A DNA stretch of 64,000 nucleotides from an uncultured Bacilli bacterium (GCA_910576925.1 CAJTKB010000002.1:419-64418), one strand, 5' to 3'. Positions 42,265 to 52,387 are shown, counted from the first letter of the stretch. The notes: generated by a model from the sequence alone, not told the origin. Made by a program: numbers and translations.

Positions 42265-43668
42265 CTATTCCTCTTCTTCTAGTGGCTCTTCTTCTTTTTT
42301 AGGACTTCTCTTTTCCATCTTCTTAATAAAAGCTAAAGCTTCTTCTTCGGACCAGTCACGAGTTATCTTAAAATACTCTACTTTATCAATAATATCTTGA
42401 TTTAATTCAAGTTGTGCTTGCTTTTGTAGCATTTCTTTATCTTTTAAAATGCTATCATCCCAAGAAAAAGATGTATCATAGCTATTTGCTACAGGGATAC
42501 CATATAACTTACATAATACATAAATACCATATATTAAATCTTCTATAGCTGTTTGTAAAGAAGTTTGTATATCACTTACTGTAACATAATAATCTTGTTT
42601 AGATGATTCTATTTCTGTTGCGGTCTTAGCAATGTTATCCATTTTGGAAAGAACACCAAAAGAAAGCCCCATTTCACTCTCTGCTTGTCTAAGTAATTCA
42701 TTTAATCCATTAAACAAAGAGGTATCTCTTATTTCTGGGCTAAATACATTCCACTCCTTTTCTGATTCAGAATCTAACATTCTATATAATCGATTTTTAC
42801 CTTTAGGTAACTTAGGCTTACCATTTTTATCAGGTTCAAATAATGATACATCAGCATCAATTGCCAGCTCACTACCCTCATATTCCCATAATGTTCTGGA
42901 AAATTGTTTATCTATTTCTTCTAATGTTCCTATTGCATTATGGAATATTGCAACACCCATAGGACTATTGTTATCAATAGTATTAGCATTTCTCATTGTA
43001 AAGAAACCACCAATTAATCTATCAACATTATCTATTTGTGCTACTTCTTCTAAATCTTTCCACTTCTCAACAGATTTTAAATCTATCTTTGTAGAAAGTA
43101 CTACACCATTTCCTTGCCCTTTATATGCTATGTTTTTAATATGAACTGATGTATCAATCAATTCGTTATATTCAAGTCTTGTATATACATCATTTCCTTT
43201 TGTAAATTGATCTATTATTATTATCCCTAACAATTCACCTGTATCATCGAACTTAAAAGGAATAAACTTATCTCCTTGAATTACTGTAACTTTAATCTTC
43301 CCATTTTCATAAGTTGGTTTAAAAAACATACTACCTTTAGCAATCCCATATTCTGTATATTTTCTTATATTTCTGATAAATCTTTGATATATCTTATCAA
43401 TATTTTTGTCACTGCATGAACTTTTAAATTCAATAGTTACTGCCTTTGATACTTTTTCACATGTAGTTTTAGCAATGTGCAATGATTTCACTTCTTTAGA
43501 TTGCCAAGAAGCATTACCATTAAAAATATCTGACCATATCTTTATTGCATCTAACATTTCTTTTGAAGTTTCTGTATCTAAATTAAAATCAGATATTACT
43601 TTATTGTAATCAAACATGTTCTTCCACCAACCTTTTATTGTATTTACTATTCTATTAATCATCTTCAT
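42265..43668 (-). CDS. portal protein
   Basis: 467 aa, lying directly after the large terminase gene. Confidence 0.75.
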   Translation of the reverse strand: MKMINRIVNTIKGWWKNMFDYNKVISDFNLDTETSKEMLDAIKIWSDIFNGNASWQSKEVKSLHIAKTTCEKVSKAVTIEFKSSCSDKNIDKIYQRFIRNIRKYTEYGIAKGSMFFKPTYENGKIKVTVIQGDKFIPFKFDDTGELLGIIIIDQFTKGNDVYTRLEYNELIDTSVHIKNIAYKGQGNGVVLSTKIDLKSVEKWKDLEEVAQIDNVDRLIGGFFTMRNANTIDNNSPMGVAIFHNAIGTLEEIDKQFSRTLWEYEGSELAIDADVSLFEPDKNGKPKLPKGKNRLYRMLDSESEKEWNVFSPEIRDTSLFNGLNELLRQAESEMGLSFGVLSKMDNIAKTATEIESSKQDYYVTVSDIQTSLQTAIEDLIYGIYVLCKLYGIPVANSYDTSFSWDDSILKDKEMLQKQAQLELNQDIIDKVEYFKITRDWSEEEALAFIKKMEKRSPKKEEEPLEEEE

Positions 43669-45037
43669 CTACCTCATTACTATCATCAGATATTTTCAAC
43701 ATTGGAAGTAATCTTTTGATAATTCTCCATAATCCCATAATTGAATATCTTTCCGCATCACAACAATGGTCATCCTTTTTTATTGGTACTTCTCTACCTT
43801 TATCTAATAAGTCCTCATCATATTTATATAGATATTTCTCTTCAATTAAATGTTTTTGTTTAGGAGATAAAAAAAGACGTCTGAATGACAATAATTTTTG
43901 GACTCTACTAATTCCTAAATCAACATCATTTTTAGCATCTTTTATTTTTGTATCTGAACATACTCTCTTTATTTCTTCTGCTAGACCTTTAGCAGATGGA
44001 TCTATATATGCTGTAGTAACTTTAAGTCCTGTTTCTACTTCTATTTTATCTTTGAAATCTTTAAAGTCTTTAGCATATTCACTTGGACTTTTTTGTTTAC
44101 CTTCATCTCTACCACTATGATAATATTCGTCAACACCTCTAACACACTTATCTGCATAATCAAAACCAAAGCATTCATAAGTTGTAGCATTCATCTGTCC
44201 ATAATCGACACCTATTATCAAGGTGTTCATATTCTTTAAATTTTCCTTAGTTATTTCTTTTATATGTTCATCTTCATTAAACATATAATAAATAACTTCA
44301 TCTATTCCTATACATAATCCTAGCCATAACCATTGATACATCTTAAAATCTAAATTCTTTAGTATTTCTGCTGATTCTATCAGCTTTCTACCTAACCAAG
44401 ACTGTGGAACATCTCTATAATCAGTATGAATATGAATACAATCAGGACGCTGTATCATTTTTTCTAACCATTTCATAATAGGTGCTTTAGAATTTTTAGG
44501 AGGATTAAAGTAATACTCCATAACAAAGTTATCATCATTACCACGAATAAAAGTTGCTTCTATATTCTGCAACTCATCCTCTCCATCACCCTTATCAAAA
44601 AATTCTGTTAACTCGTCTATTTCTACTAATACAATAGGTCTATCTTCATCTATCATACCTTTAGTATCATCTATCGAATCATTTCCTGTGAAATAAATAG
44701 TATTTCCAGTTGGCTTATAAGTTATTTGCATTGGACTTACAGTTATCTTAAAATCCTTTTTATTTAATCCTAATCTAGTAATAGCCCTCTTGCATTCTGC
44801 AAATACTGTTTTTTTTAACTTATTATGAAACTTTCTCATAACTACAACTGAGCCTGGTTTTTTGTCTATTATGGTTCTGACCGCCTTTAATCCACCCCGA
44901 CTTGATTTTGTTCCTGCACGTCCGCTTGTATATATTTGATGAGTATCAATATTGTCATTAAAATTAGGATAATATTTTGGAATAATTAAATCACTCAACT
45001 TAATTGTTTTTTTGTTTTTAAAATTTAGGCAAGTCAT
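43655..45037 (-). CDS. terminase large subunit
   Basis: Walker A-like TSGRAGTKSS near the N-terminus, acidic nuclease-half motifs and a 460-aa length. Confidence 0.85.
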   Translation of the reverse strand: MTCLNFKNKKTIKLSDLIIPKYYPNFNDNIDTHQIYTSGRAGTKSSRGGLKAVRTIIDKKPGSVVVMRKFHNKLKKTVFAECKRAITRLGLNKKDFKITVSPMQITYKPTGNTIYFTGNDSIDDTKGMIDEDRPIVLVEIDELTEFFDKGDGEDELQNIEATFIRGNDDNFVMEYYFNPPKNSKAPIMKWLEKMIQRPDCIHIHTDYRDVPQSWLGRKLIESAEILKNLDFKMYQWLWLGLCIGIDEVIYYMFNEDEHIKEITKENLKNMNTLIIGVDYGQMNATTYECFGFDYADKCVRGVDEYYHSGRDEGKQKSPSEYAKDFKDFKDKIEVETGLKVTTAYIDPSAKGLAEEIKRVCSDTKIKDAKNDVDLGISRVQKLLSFRRLFLSPKQKHLIEEKYLYKYDEDLLDKGREVPIKKDDHCCDAERYSIMGLWRIIKRLLPMLKISDDSNEVDEDD

Positions 45038-45458
45038 CTACTATCATTACTCCATCTTCTTTATCATCATCTTCTTTTATATCAACTTTATCACGCCATT
45101 TTTTAGGCTGCCTATTCTTTAGCCAAAAAATTAAAGCCGTGGAATCTGGTGTAATATGCATTTCTTCTGTAATATCCACAATAATACCATCCTTAGTAAC
45201 CTTCTGTTTTTTTAAAGTTTCAGTATACCCTAAAGCCTTTTTTAACAATGCATTTTCTACTTCATAATCAATTATATCTTTATTCTTTTTTATGGTGTCC
45301 GAAATGTCCGAATACTCCCTTTTGTACTTACTTAGAGTAGACCTCGATACCTTCATATTTTTGGCTATCTGTTTGTCAGTGAGACCATCTCTAGCCCAGC
45401 CTTTTAGCAAAGTCAAACCATCATCAGATAACCAGTAATCAACTTTGCTGTTCGCCAT
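45018..45458 (-). CDS. terminase small subunit
   Basis: HTH (LTDKQIAKNMKVSRSTLSKY) in a 146-aa protein upstream of the large subunit gene. Confidence 0.65.
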   Translation of the reverse strand: MANSKVDYWLSDDGLTLLKGWARDGLTDKQIAKNMKVSRSTLSKYKREYSDISDTIKKNKDIIDYEVENALLKKALGYTETLKKQKVTKDGIIVDITEEMHITPDSTALIFWLKNRQPKKWRDKVDIKEDDDKEDGVMIVDDLPKF

Positions 45459-45460
45459 AA

Positions 45461-45655
45461 CTACTCACCAGCTTTATTTGTTTTTTTATCAATAATTTTC
45501 TCAACAAACTTTAGCTTATGTTTATTGTTGCCCACTAGTATTTTGTATCTTTCTTCTGACACTTCGAATTCATCTCCCTCTTTTGGAATTATTCTTAATT
45601 CATTATCAACTATATTATTTTGTATGTACTCATTTGTTGCTCTTACTTTTATCAT
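45461..45655 (-). CDS. hypothetical phage protein
   Basis: 64-aa ORF before the terminase small subunit gene. Confidence 0.3.
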   Translation of the reverse strand: MIKVRATNEYIQNNIVDNELRIIPKEGDEFEVSEERYKILVGNNKHKLKFVEKIIDKKTNKAGE

Positions 45656-45857
45656 AATATCATCCTTTCTGATTTGGTTTCTTTGGTTGCAGAGAATAGA
45701 ATTGCACTATTATCTTTAGCAATGCAAGCTAATGTGTTACTGTTACACTACTCTGCGATAAAACAAAAAGAGCATTTCTACTCTCTATAAAGTGAATATG
45801 TGTTTTTTATGAGAATTCTGTAATTTCTCACAATATAATTATCTCAAAAAAAACGTG

Positions 45858-46307
45858 TCATTTAGTGTCATCTTTATAAATATCTCTTTTTTTCTTATTT
45901 CTTTTATAAATCCTCTGACATTGTTCCTTTGAATAATGTACCATTTTAGATATGCTATGCCAAGTATATTTTTTAGGACTAACTTCTTTGTAATAAACTA
46001 TCAACTGTTCTACTTCTTCATACTTACCTAAAATTTTCAACTCATTATCAATCCAGTTCATCAAATTTATTTTTTTATTATGAATATATTCTAGTGTGTT
46101 ATCTATCTGTAATATATCTTCTGTTTCAACATATTTTAGCATTTTGTCTACTCTTTTACCTCCATCTACTCTTTCTAAAGTAGTATCTGTTGACTGAGGA
46201 TTAACGATAGATAGCAAACTTTCTTTTTCTTGCAACCAGTAATTATATTCATTTTCTAGTTGTTCTAGATTTTTATTAGCTTCTTTAAGTGTCATCTTAT
46301 TCACCAA
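45858..46307 (-). CDS. putative late-gene transcriptional regulator (ArpU/RinA-like)
   Basis: 149-aa protein at the end of the early region, immediately before the noncoding gap that precedes the packaging genes. Confidence 0.3.
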   Translation of the reverse strand: MVNKMTLKEANKNLEQLENEYNYWLQEKESLLSIVNPQSTDTTLERVDGGKRVDKMLKYVETEDILQIDNTLEYIHNKKINLMNWIDNELKILGKYEEVEQLIVYYKEVSPKKYTWHSISKMVHYSKEQCQRIYKRNKKKRDIYKDDTK

Positions 46308-46695
46308 CCAGTTCTTTTAATTCTTCTTCAGTGTATATTCTATACTTATACTTTGATTGTAGCTGTTTTTCTTTTTTATATATTTCTGCTAATAACATTT
46401 TTCTATTATCTGATTGAATAAGTTTATCCTTATGTTGCCCTAACGTCAATAATAGTTTCCCTTTATTTTTTATATTTCTTCTTTCTTTGCGAAGATTTGT
46501 AATAAGTGATACTATTCTATACCTTTGATTAGTTGTTAAATGATTGTTTTCTATAAAATGATATATATCACTTAGTTTAGTATCTATTTCTGATTCCTCT
46601 TTAGGTATTTTGTTGCATTCTTCATCTATTTCATCTAATAATTTAATTGCATTTTTTAAATTTTCTATTACGTTCATTATCTCCCCTTTCTTCAA
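46297..46695 (-). CDS. hypothetical phage protein
   Basis: ORF. Confidence 0.3.
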   Translation of the reverse strand: MKKGEIMNVIENLKNAIKLLDEIDEECNKIPKEESEIDTKLSDIYHFIENNHLTTNQRYRIVSLITNLRKERRNIKNKGKLLLTLGQHKDKLIQSDNRKMLLAEIYKKEKQLQSKYKYRIYTEEELKELVGE

Positions 46696-46703
46696 CCGTA
46701 ACC

Positions 46704-46892
46704 CTATTTCCCTAAATCAATGCTTCTTCTAACTATTTCTTGCCATAAATGGTCCTTCTGACTTTCTTTCAAGTTTATATTCTTGTATAAATTTTCTTTT
46801 ATAGCTCTTTTCTCTTTATTGTTAGAAGTAGCATATTGTTTTATGTAGTTGTTTAACCAATATTTTTTAAAATCTGCATAATATTCATTCAT
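46704..46892 (-). CDS. hypothetical phage protein
   Basis: ORF. Confidence 0.25.
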   Translation of the reverse strand: MNEYYADFKKYWLNNYIKQYATSNNKEKRAIKENLYKNINLKESQKDHLWQEIVRRSIDLGK

Positions 46893-47260
46893 TTTAAGTC
46901 CTTTTTTATCTTATTTACTTCTCTTACTAATTCGTTAACTTTGTCTATTATGACTGTGTCGTGTTTACTTAATTGACATTGCTTACCGTCTTTAACAACA
47001 TAGTAATTTCCTATATTTTCAACAATTTCTACTTCTTCTATATCCTTATCTTCTTCTGTTATTTCTACTTCTGTATTTAAAACAGCGGAATATTGCTCAT
47101 TTCTATGAGCTAAAAACTTTTTATTATATATTCCTGGATTACCCTCTTCATAATATCCTCCATAAGCTTCATAATAAACATATACTTTATCTTCGTATTT
47201 AATTCTCTTTGGCACTTCTTTATTGTTTGCTATATTTACTAATATATCTATTATTTTCAT
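46889..47260 (-). CDS. hypothetical phage protein
   Basis: ORF. Confidence 0.3.
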   Translation of the reverse strand: MKIIDILVNIANNKEVPKRIKYEDKVYVYYEAYGGYYEEGNPGIYNKKFLAHRNEQYSAVLNTEVEITEEDKDIEEVEIVENIGNYYVVKDGKQCQLSKHDTVIIDKVNELVREVNKIKKDLK

Positions 47261-47514
47261 TTACTTACCTCCTCATTGCAAAATCTATTATACTCAACTA
47301 CTTTAATTTTATATTTATAATCACCACTTGTGCATATCATTTGTCCTGATGATGTATAACAATACTTTAAAACTCCAGTATTTCCGTTTATGTCTGTATA
47401 ATTGTAAAAGCAATGTGCTTGTGGATCATCTAAACTACAACCTGTTGTACCAAACAATATAATTATTAATGCTATTATTATTGTTATAATTGTTATTACT
47501 TTTTTATTTTTCAT
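47257..47514 (-). CDS. prophage lipoprotein
   Basis: Signal peptide plus lipobox (MKNKKVITIITIIIALIIILFGTTGC). Confidence 0.55.
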   Translation of the reverse strand: MKNKKVITIITIIIALIIILFGTTGCSLDDPQAHCFYNYTDINGNTGVLKYCYTSSGQMICTSGDYKYKIKVVEYNRFCNEEVSK

Positions 47515-47793
47515 TTATTCATCTACTCCTTTATTTAAAATATCTCTTAAATCTCCAACTTCCTTAAATGGTATTGCAGAAACATACTTCTGTAGTCTTT
47601 CGTCTAATATATTAGTTTGCTTTATAGCTTCTTCAATTACTTTGCTTTTCTGTTCTTGCTTTTCTTTGAATTCTTTTGCTATGTTTAATATTTTTCTTGG
47701 TGCATTGTTATCTATACAATTCATTTCATTACAATTACAGTAGTCTTTACTTAATAACAATTCATATTCTTTTAAAAATTCTTCATCAGTCAT
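47515..47793 (-). CDS. hypothetical phage protein
   Basis: ORF. Confidence 0.3.
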   Translation of the reverse strand: MTDEEFLKEYELLLSKDYCNCNEMNCIDNNAPRKILNIAKEFKEKQEQKSKVIEEAIKQTNILDERLQKYVSAIPFKEVGDLRDILNKGVDE

Positions 47794-47800
47794 ATTCTAA

Positions 47801-47992
47801 TCACTCACTTTCTTCATCATCAGGTCCGTATTCATTTAATTGAACATAATTACAAAAACATTCTTGGCTATAAAACATATTCTCAGCCTCTGTGTCAAAA
47901 TATTTTGTTTGGATAAAATTATCTTGGCATACAAAATATGAGTCTATTTCTGTGTTTATTCTTTCGTTGCAATAACTACATTCTTTAATCAT
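47801..47992 (-). CDS. small Cys-rich (zinc-finger-like) phage protein
   Basis: CSYC...C...C pattern. Confidence 0.3.
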   Translation of the reverse strand: MIKECSYCNERINTEIDSYFVCQDNFIQTKYFDTEAENMFYSQECFCNYVQLNEYGPDDEESE

Positions 47993-48030
47993 TACTACCC
48001 TCTACTTTCTCTAAAAATATTACATCATCT

Positions 48031-48339
48031 TTAATCTTTAACATCTGTTATCTCCTCTACACTTAATATTTTTAATACATAATAGAACTTGTCCTTTTCT
48101 GCTCCCCATTCCTCTTTTCCATTTCCAACTTGAACTGTTACTTCACATTTTAATGAAGGACTATTCTTGGAGTAACCATTTCTTAAAATTATTGAAAATT
48201 CTTCTGGTGGCCACCCCCCTGTAGGAGCATATTTGTCAAATCGACTTTGATAATAAACATTTATCTCTCTATATTCCTCTTTCTTCTCTCCAGAAAGAAT
48301 CATATCGAACCATTTCTTTTTAATTGGTAGTGTTAACAT
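48031..48339 (-). CDS. ASCH-domain-like protein
   Basis: LPIKKKWFDMILSGEKKEEYREI resembles the ASCH N-terminal strand pattern. Confidence 0.4.
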   Translation of the reverse strand: MLTLPIKKKWFDMILSGEKKEEYREINVYYQSRFDKYAPTGGWPPEEFSIILRNGYSKNSPSLKCEVTVQVGNGKEEWGAEKDKFYYVLKILSVEEITDVKD

Positions 48340-48342
48340 TAC

Positions 48343-48494
48343 TTGTTGTCCTTTCTTAAAACTTTTAGTTTCTCTTTAGTATTTTCTATCTCCTTTGTTG
48401 TAAATTCTATAATTTCTTCTTGATATATTTTTAAATTCTCTATGTATTTTTCTAGTTGTTCACGTTCTGTTAGATGTCTTATTTCTTCACTCAT
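48343..48494 (-). CDS. small ORF (50 aa, MSEEIRHLTEREQLEKYIENLK...)
   Basis: Hand-translated ORF. Its start overlaps the stop of the upstream small ORF (ATGA). Confidence 0.25.
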
Positions 48495-48670
48495 CTAACT
48501 AACCTCTCTTTATATCTCAAACAACTTTTATCATTATAAAATTCATTTAACGGTAGATTATAACATCTTACTTGATTGTATTTATCTGATGCTACATAAG
48601 CTAATGTTACTATTAGTGCACATAATATTAATCCAATTATAAAAAATATTATCTTTAATTCTTTACTCAT
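48491..48670 (-). CDS. small membrane protein (59 aa, MSKELKIIFFIIGLILCALIVTLAYVAS...)
   Basis: Hand-translated ORF. Its ATG overlaps the stop of the 48667-48963 ORF (ATGA). Confidence 0.3.
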   Translation of the reverse strand: MSKELKIIFFIIGLILCALIVTLAYVASDKYNQVRCYNLPLNEFYNDKSCLRYKERLVR

Positions 48671-48963
48671 AAATAATTCCTTCCATATCTTTTAATAAAA
48701 TCTTCTATTGTTTTATCATAATATCCTAACCAAACTTTCTCTGCTATTTTTTTTAAATATAAATCAAATACTCTGTCAAAATGAACTCCCTTTTTGCTCA
48801 TATTATGCATTTCTGGTCTTAGAAAAACTATTAGTCCATCTTCAATACTTAATTGCCTGTTTCTAGCACCAAAGAACACCTCGTGGCGATGTGAATATAT
48901 TGATGTTCTTTTTATGCTGTAATTATGATTTTTTGGCATTATACAGAATTCTTCTTTAGACAT
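48667..48963 (-). CDS. hypothetical phage protein
   Basis: ORF. Confidence 0.3.
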   Translation of the reverse strand: MSKEEFCIMPKNHNYSIKRTSIYSHRHEVFFGARNRQLSIEDGLIVFLRPEMHNMSKKGVHFDRVFDLYLKKIAEKVWLGYYDKTIEDFIKRYGRNYL

Positions 48964-48973
48964 TTATTCACCT

Positions 48974-49279
48974 CTATTCATTAATAAATCCATTTTTATA
49001 TTCTTCTTTACCTTGACGCCAAACAACTCTTGAAAATTCGTGCATAGTCATCAAAATTCTATACTTGTGATATGCCCAATTCTCAAAAGATGTCTTCTTT
49101 GTATCTATTAATGTGCAATACTTAGCACTATTTAGCATAATCTCGTTCCACCTATCAGCTAAAAGTAAACATTCTTTAGCTAAATCGTATGCTAATTCTA
49201 TATCTTCAGGATTTAATCTATCAAATATCTCTTTTTTATCGTTATATTGTTTTATATCTTCTTGTAGTTGTTCTAACAT
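48974..49279 (-). CDS. hypothetical phage protein
   Basis: ORF. Confidence 0.3.
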   Translation of the reverse strand: MLEQLQEDIKQYNDKKEIFDRLNPEDIELAYDLAKECLLLADRWNEIMLNSAKYCTLIDTKKTSFENWAYHKYRILMTMHEFSRVVWRQGKEEYKNGFINE

Positions 49280-50067
49280 TCTATTTCCTCTATATCATCA
49301 AATGACTCTTCTTCATTATCTTCAAATACTTTTTCTATTGTTTTTTCATAGTAATCATTATAAAAGTTAGCTAGTTCTTCTCTAAACTTTGAAAAATCAT
49401 ACTTTTGATTTTCGTCATCTAATAATTTGGAAGTTAGTGGAGATAAGAATTGTGTGTCTATTCCCATCAGTTGTTGTTTTAAATCACTGTAAGTTTCCAT
49501 ATGCAAATTATTTATTGCTAAAGCTATTTTTATCATTTCAATGCCAGGCAAGATATATCCTCTCTTTTGGTATTTTATCGTTCTATATAATGAACAAATA
49601 GGATATTCTGTTCCAGGATTAAATCTTAACCTTTTTTCAATATTGTCTGTTAAAAAATATTTATCTAAATAGAATTGTCTATTTTTAAAACTGTAAGCTC
49701 CCATACAACAATGAAAATCAAAATAATCAAAAGTTCTCTGTATATTTTTGTTGCAAAATCTTTCATATTTGATTATTTGAATTTTAATTTTTTTCTTATT
49801 CTCTTTTGAATTTTGTTTACGTACAAGTGAATAAGCATTATGAGAAACAACTTTTACTTCAAACTCTAATTTCTTTAGTTCATCTACAATTTTATGTGGA
49901 TTATTTTTGTTAGTACTATAAATATCATAATCATTTATAGGTACGTGATTAAATACTGATACTATTGCTCCACCACAACAATAACAATCATACTTTTCTA
50001 AAACGTTTATTATATCATTATCTAATTCTTTTAATAATCTAGATTTTTGTACTATATATTCTTTCAT
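49273..50067 (-). CDS. candidate nucleotidyltransferase-fold protein
   Basis: CCGGAIVSVFNHVPINDYDIY fits the hG[GS]-x9-13-DhD pattern of Pol-beta-type nucleotidyltransferases. Confidence 0.35.
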   Translation of the reverse strand: MKEYIVQKSRLLKELDNDIINVLEKYDCYCCGGAIVSVFNHVPINDYDIYSTNKNNPHKIVDELKKLEFEVKVVSHNAYSLVRKQNSKENKKKIKIQIIKYERFCNKNIQRTFDYFDFHCCMGAYSFKNRQFYLDKYFLTDNIEKRLRFNPGTEYPICSLYRTIKYQKRGYILPGIEMIKIALAINNLHMETYSDLKQQLMGIDTQFLSPLTSKLLDDENQKYDFSKFREELANFYNDYYEKTIEKVFEDNEEESFDDIEEIEC

Positions 50068-50072
50068 TTTTT

Positions 50073-50693
50073 CTACCTTTCTTTATGTTGATGCATAAAT
50101 TCATAAACTGAATTTAACCCCATATTTTCAAGCAACCAATTTGTTGCATATTCTTTACTTAAATGAGTCTTTTTAACTCTGTTTTCGTAATAATCGTTAT
50201 AAGCTCTATTATGTAGTTCTTCTTCATTTTCATAATTACCTTCAATTAAATAAACATCATATTCTAAAGCTCTAATACCATCTAAAGTATAAGTATCAGT
50301 CGCATATATTAGCTTTTCATTATTCATAAATACTCTTAAGCCCATATTTTCTACATCGTGATATAACTTTATAGGACTTATTTTAAATAGTTCATAATCG
50401 TATAATCTATTAGCCTCTATCACATCAATATTTTGTTTTCTGACGCCTATTTTTACCAAATCATTAACTAGATAGCTCCCTACTGCAAATCGCAATGTTG
50501 GTCTGTTCTTTGCTAGCAATCTAACTGTTCTTTTATTAAAATGGTCCTGATGTATATGTGAGATGAAAACTAATTTTAAATTTTTGATATAAGGAATTAG
50601 CTTTTTATAGCTAATTCCACAGTCAATTGCAATGATGTCATTTACTATTGTGCAATTTCCGTCAGATCCACTATTAATTATTGAGTAACGCAT
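50073..50693 (-). CDS. metallo-beta-lactamase-fold hydrolase
   Basis: ISHIHQDHF matches the HxHxDH motif. Confidence 0.65.
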   Translation of the reverse strand: MRYSIINSGSDGNCTIVNDIIAIDCGISYKKLIPYIKNLKLVFISHIHQDHFNKRTVRLLAKNRPTLRFAVGSYLVNDLVKIGVRKQNIDVIEANRLYDYELFKISPIKLYHDVENMGLRVFMNNEKLIYATDTYTLDGIRALEYDVYLIEGNYENEEELHNRAYNDYYENRVKKTHLSKEYATNWLLENMGLNSVYEFMHQHKER

Positions 50694-51558
50694 TCATATC
50701 TACCTGTTTAGCCTCTGTTTTTTCAATAGTTTGTGTTTCTGTAACATCCTCTTGTTCTATAATTTCAGCATTGTAAATAGTATTATCATTTTCTATATAT
50801 CCTTGTGAGTCAATAGTATTTACTGATACCTCATCACTATTTACTGCACCAAATTGTACTGAATTTAATTTATTTCCGAATAACGTTAGTAGGTTCTTTG
50901 CAAGTTCCTTTACTGTTTTTGTATTGACCATTTTTAAACTTTGAGAATTCCAAGGACTAAATTCAGACTTCCCACTCGGAGAAGTATTTTTAATTTTATC
51001 TAGGTCATTTTTTGTTAAAAATACAGTTGATTCAAAACCATTTGCAAATTTAATATAAGCATAACTTCCTATTACATTTTCATAATCTTGATACCTTTCA
51101 CCCACAAATTCGTGACTTAAATCTCCTGTTACAGGATTAAATGAATATTTATCATTTGTAGTAATAACATTACTATTAAATTTAATTATTTCTCCAGGCT
51201 TAATCATATCTAGTATTTTAAAATACCCCTCTTTTTTTCGACAAATTGTAGGCTTTCCTTTAAAAGGTACTATGTCATAGTCAATACCTGCTTCTAAACC
51301 TAACATTGCCTCTTTTAATACGCCATAAAGCATTTGTAGCTTTCCATTGTTATCAAGCTTCATTAAATCTTGCCTATTAGAAATATAAAATCCTGCACTT
51401 GTTTTAATTCTGTCTATTGTAGTATTTTTTGGAAGTAGTGCTATATTTTGCATTAATACTTTTTCAACTCCTAGCTCAACACCTGATTTATTTGTAATTT
51501 CAACTAAATTATTATTCTTTTGTTGTTGTAAATTTTGTTTATTATTTGCATTGTTCAT
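50674..51558 (-). CDS. phage single-strand annealing recombinase (RecT-like, tentative)
   Basis: The size and position, downstream of a DUF1351-like gene and upstream of an MBL-fold gene, match Firmicutes phage recombination modules. Confidence 0.4.
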   Translation of the reverse strand: MNNANNKQNLQQQKNNNLVEITNKSGVELGVEKVLMQNIALLPKNTTIDRIKTSAGFYISNRQDLMKLDNNGKLQMLYGVLKEAMLGLEAGIDYDIVPFKGKPTICRKKEGYFKILDMIKPGEIIKFNSNVITTNDKYSFNPVTGDLSHEFVGERYQDYENVIGSYAYIKFANGFESTVFLTKNDLDKIKNTSPSGKSEFSPWNSQSLKMVNTKTVKELAKNLLTLFGNKLNSVQFGAVNSDEVSVNTIDSQGYIENDNTIYNAEIIEQEDVTETQTIEKTEAKQVDMNALLNN

Positions 51559-52387
51559 ATTCTATTCCTTCCTCTTTCATAAAATTAACCAATTTAATCA
51601 TTTTGCTTTTTAAACAAGTAGCTTTAAATGTTGCTGTAACAAGTTCTTCTGTTTCTTCTGTCTTTTCAACTTTAGGAGTTTTTAAACATTCATCTATCTT
51701 GTTTAACATAGCTTCATCTGTTAGCTTTTGTTCTTCTTTAGCCTCTTTTTGCTTATTTATTTGTTCTAGTTCTTTATGTCTGTTATTCACTTCTGTAATA
51801 GCTCTAGATACATTTAACTCTTTCTTGTATTCAAGCATTATTTCATCTTCATAATCTTGTGTTTTAATTAAATCCATATCTTCTGCTATTCTATCTATAA
51901 ACATCTTAGCTTGCTCTTTTAATGACTTCATACTAGCTGATAATGTTACATTAATATTTGCTTGATTATAAGTTATAAAATCTATTTCTTTACTTTTTGT
52001 ATATTCTTCAAAATAGTCTTTTACTTCACTTTCTTTTCTATCTTTTAGTTCTTGTTCGACCACGTCAATTTTGTTTTTTAGTATCTTATCTGCTTCATTG
52101 AATTTATTAGAGATGTATTCTTTATAAATATCTTCAAAGTCATTGTAAGGCTTCATAACTTTGTCTTTTACTTCTTTTCTTCGGTTCTCTAATTCTTTAA
52201 ATTGTTTAGTCATTTCAGCTCTAGCTTTTTTAACATCTTTTACTGTATCTTCTGTACAAGCTAGGCTATTAGCTAATTCTACTTTTTTATCTATCTCATC
52301 ACTTATCTTTTTTAAATTTTCTTTGATAATAGGTAACTGTTCAACTATTATTAATTCTTCCATCTTACTTATTCTCCTTTTTTTCAT
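51542..52387 (-). CDS. DUF1351-like coiled-coil phage protein
   Basis: Charged helical 281-aa protein preceding the SSAP gene. Confidence 0.35.
   Translation of the reverse strand: MKKRRISKMEELIIVEQLPIIKENLKKISDEIDKKVELANSLACTEDTVKDVKKARAEMTKQFKELENRRKEVKDKVMKPYNDFEDIYKEYISNKFNEADKILKNKIDVVEQELKDRKESEVKDYFEEYTKSKEIDFITYNQANINVTLSASMKSLKEQAKMFIDRIAEDMDLIKTQDYEDEIMLEYKKELNVSRAITEVNNRHKELEQINKQKEAKEEQKLTDEAMLNKIDECLKTPKVEKTEETEELVTATFKATCLKSKMIKLVNFMKEEGIEYEQCK

Noticed and set aside
45689-45758. tRNA-like dyad (GCAGAGA...ACTCTGC, about 70 nt) in the gap before the terminase genes
   Set aside because: I tried to fold it as a cloverleaf. The D- and T-arm pairings and the conserved tRNA residues are absent, so it is more likely a regulatory or packaging dyad.
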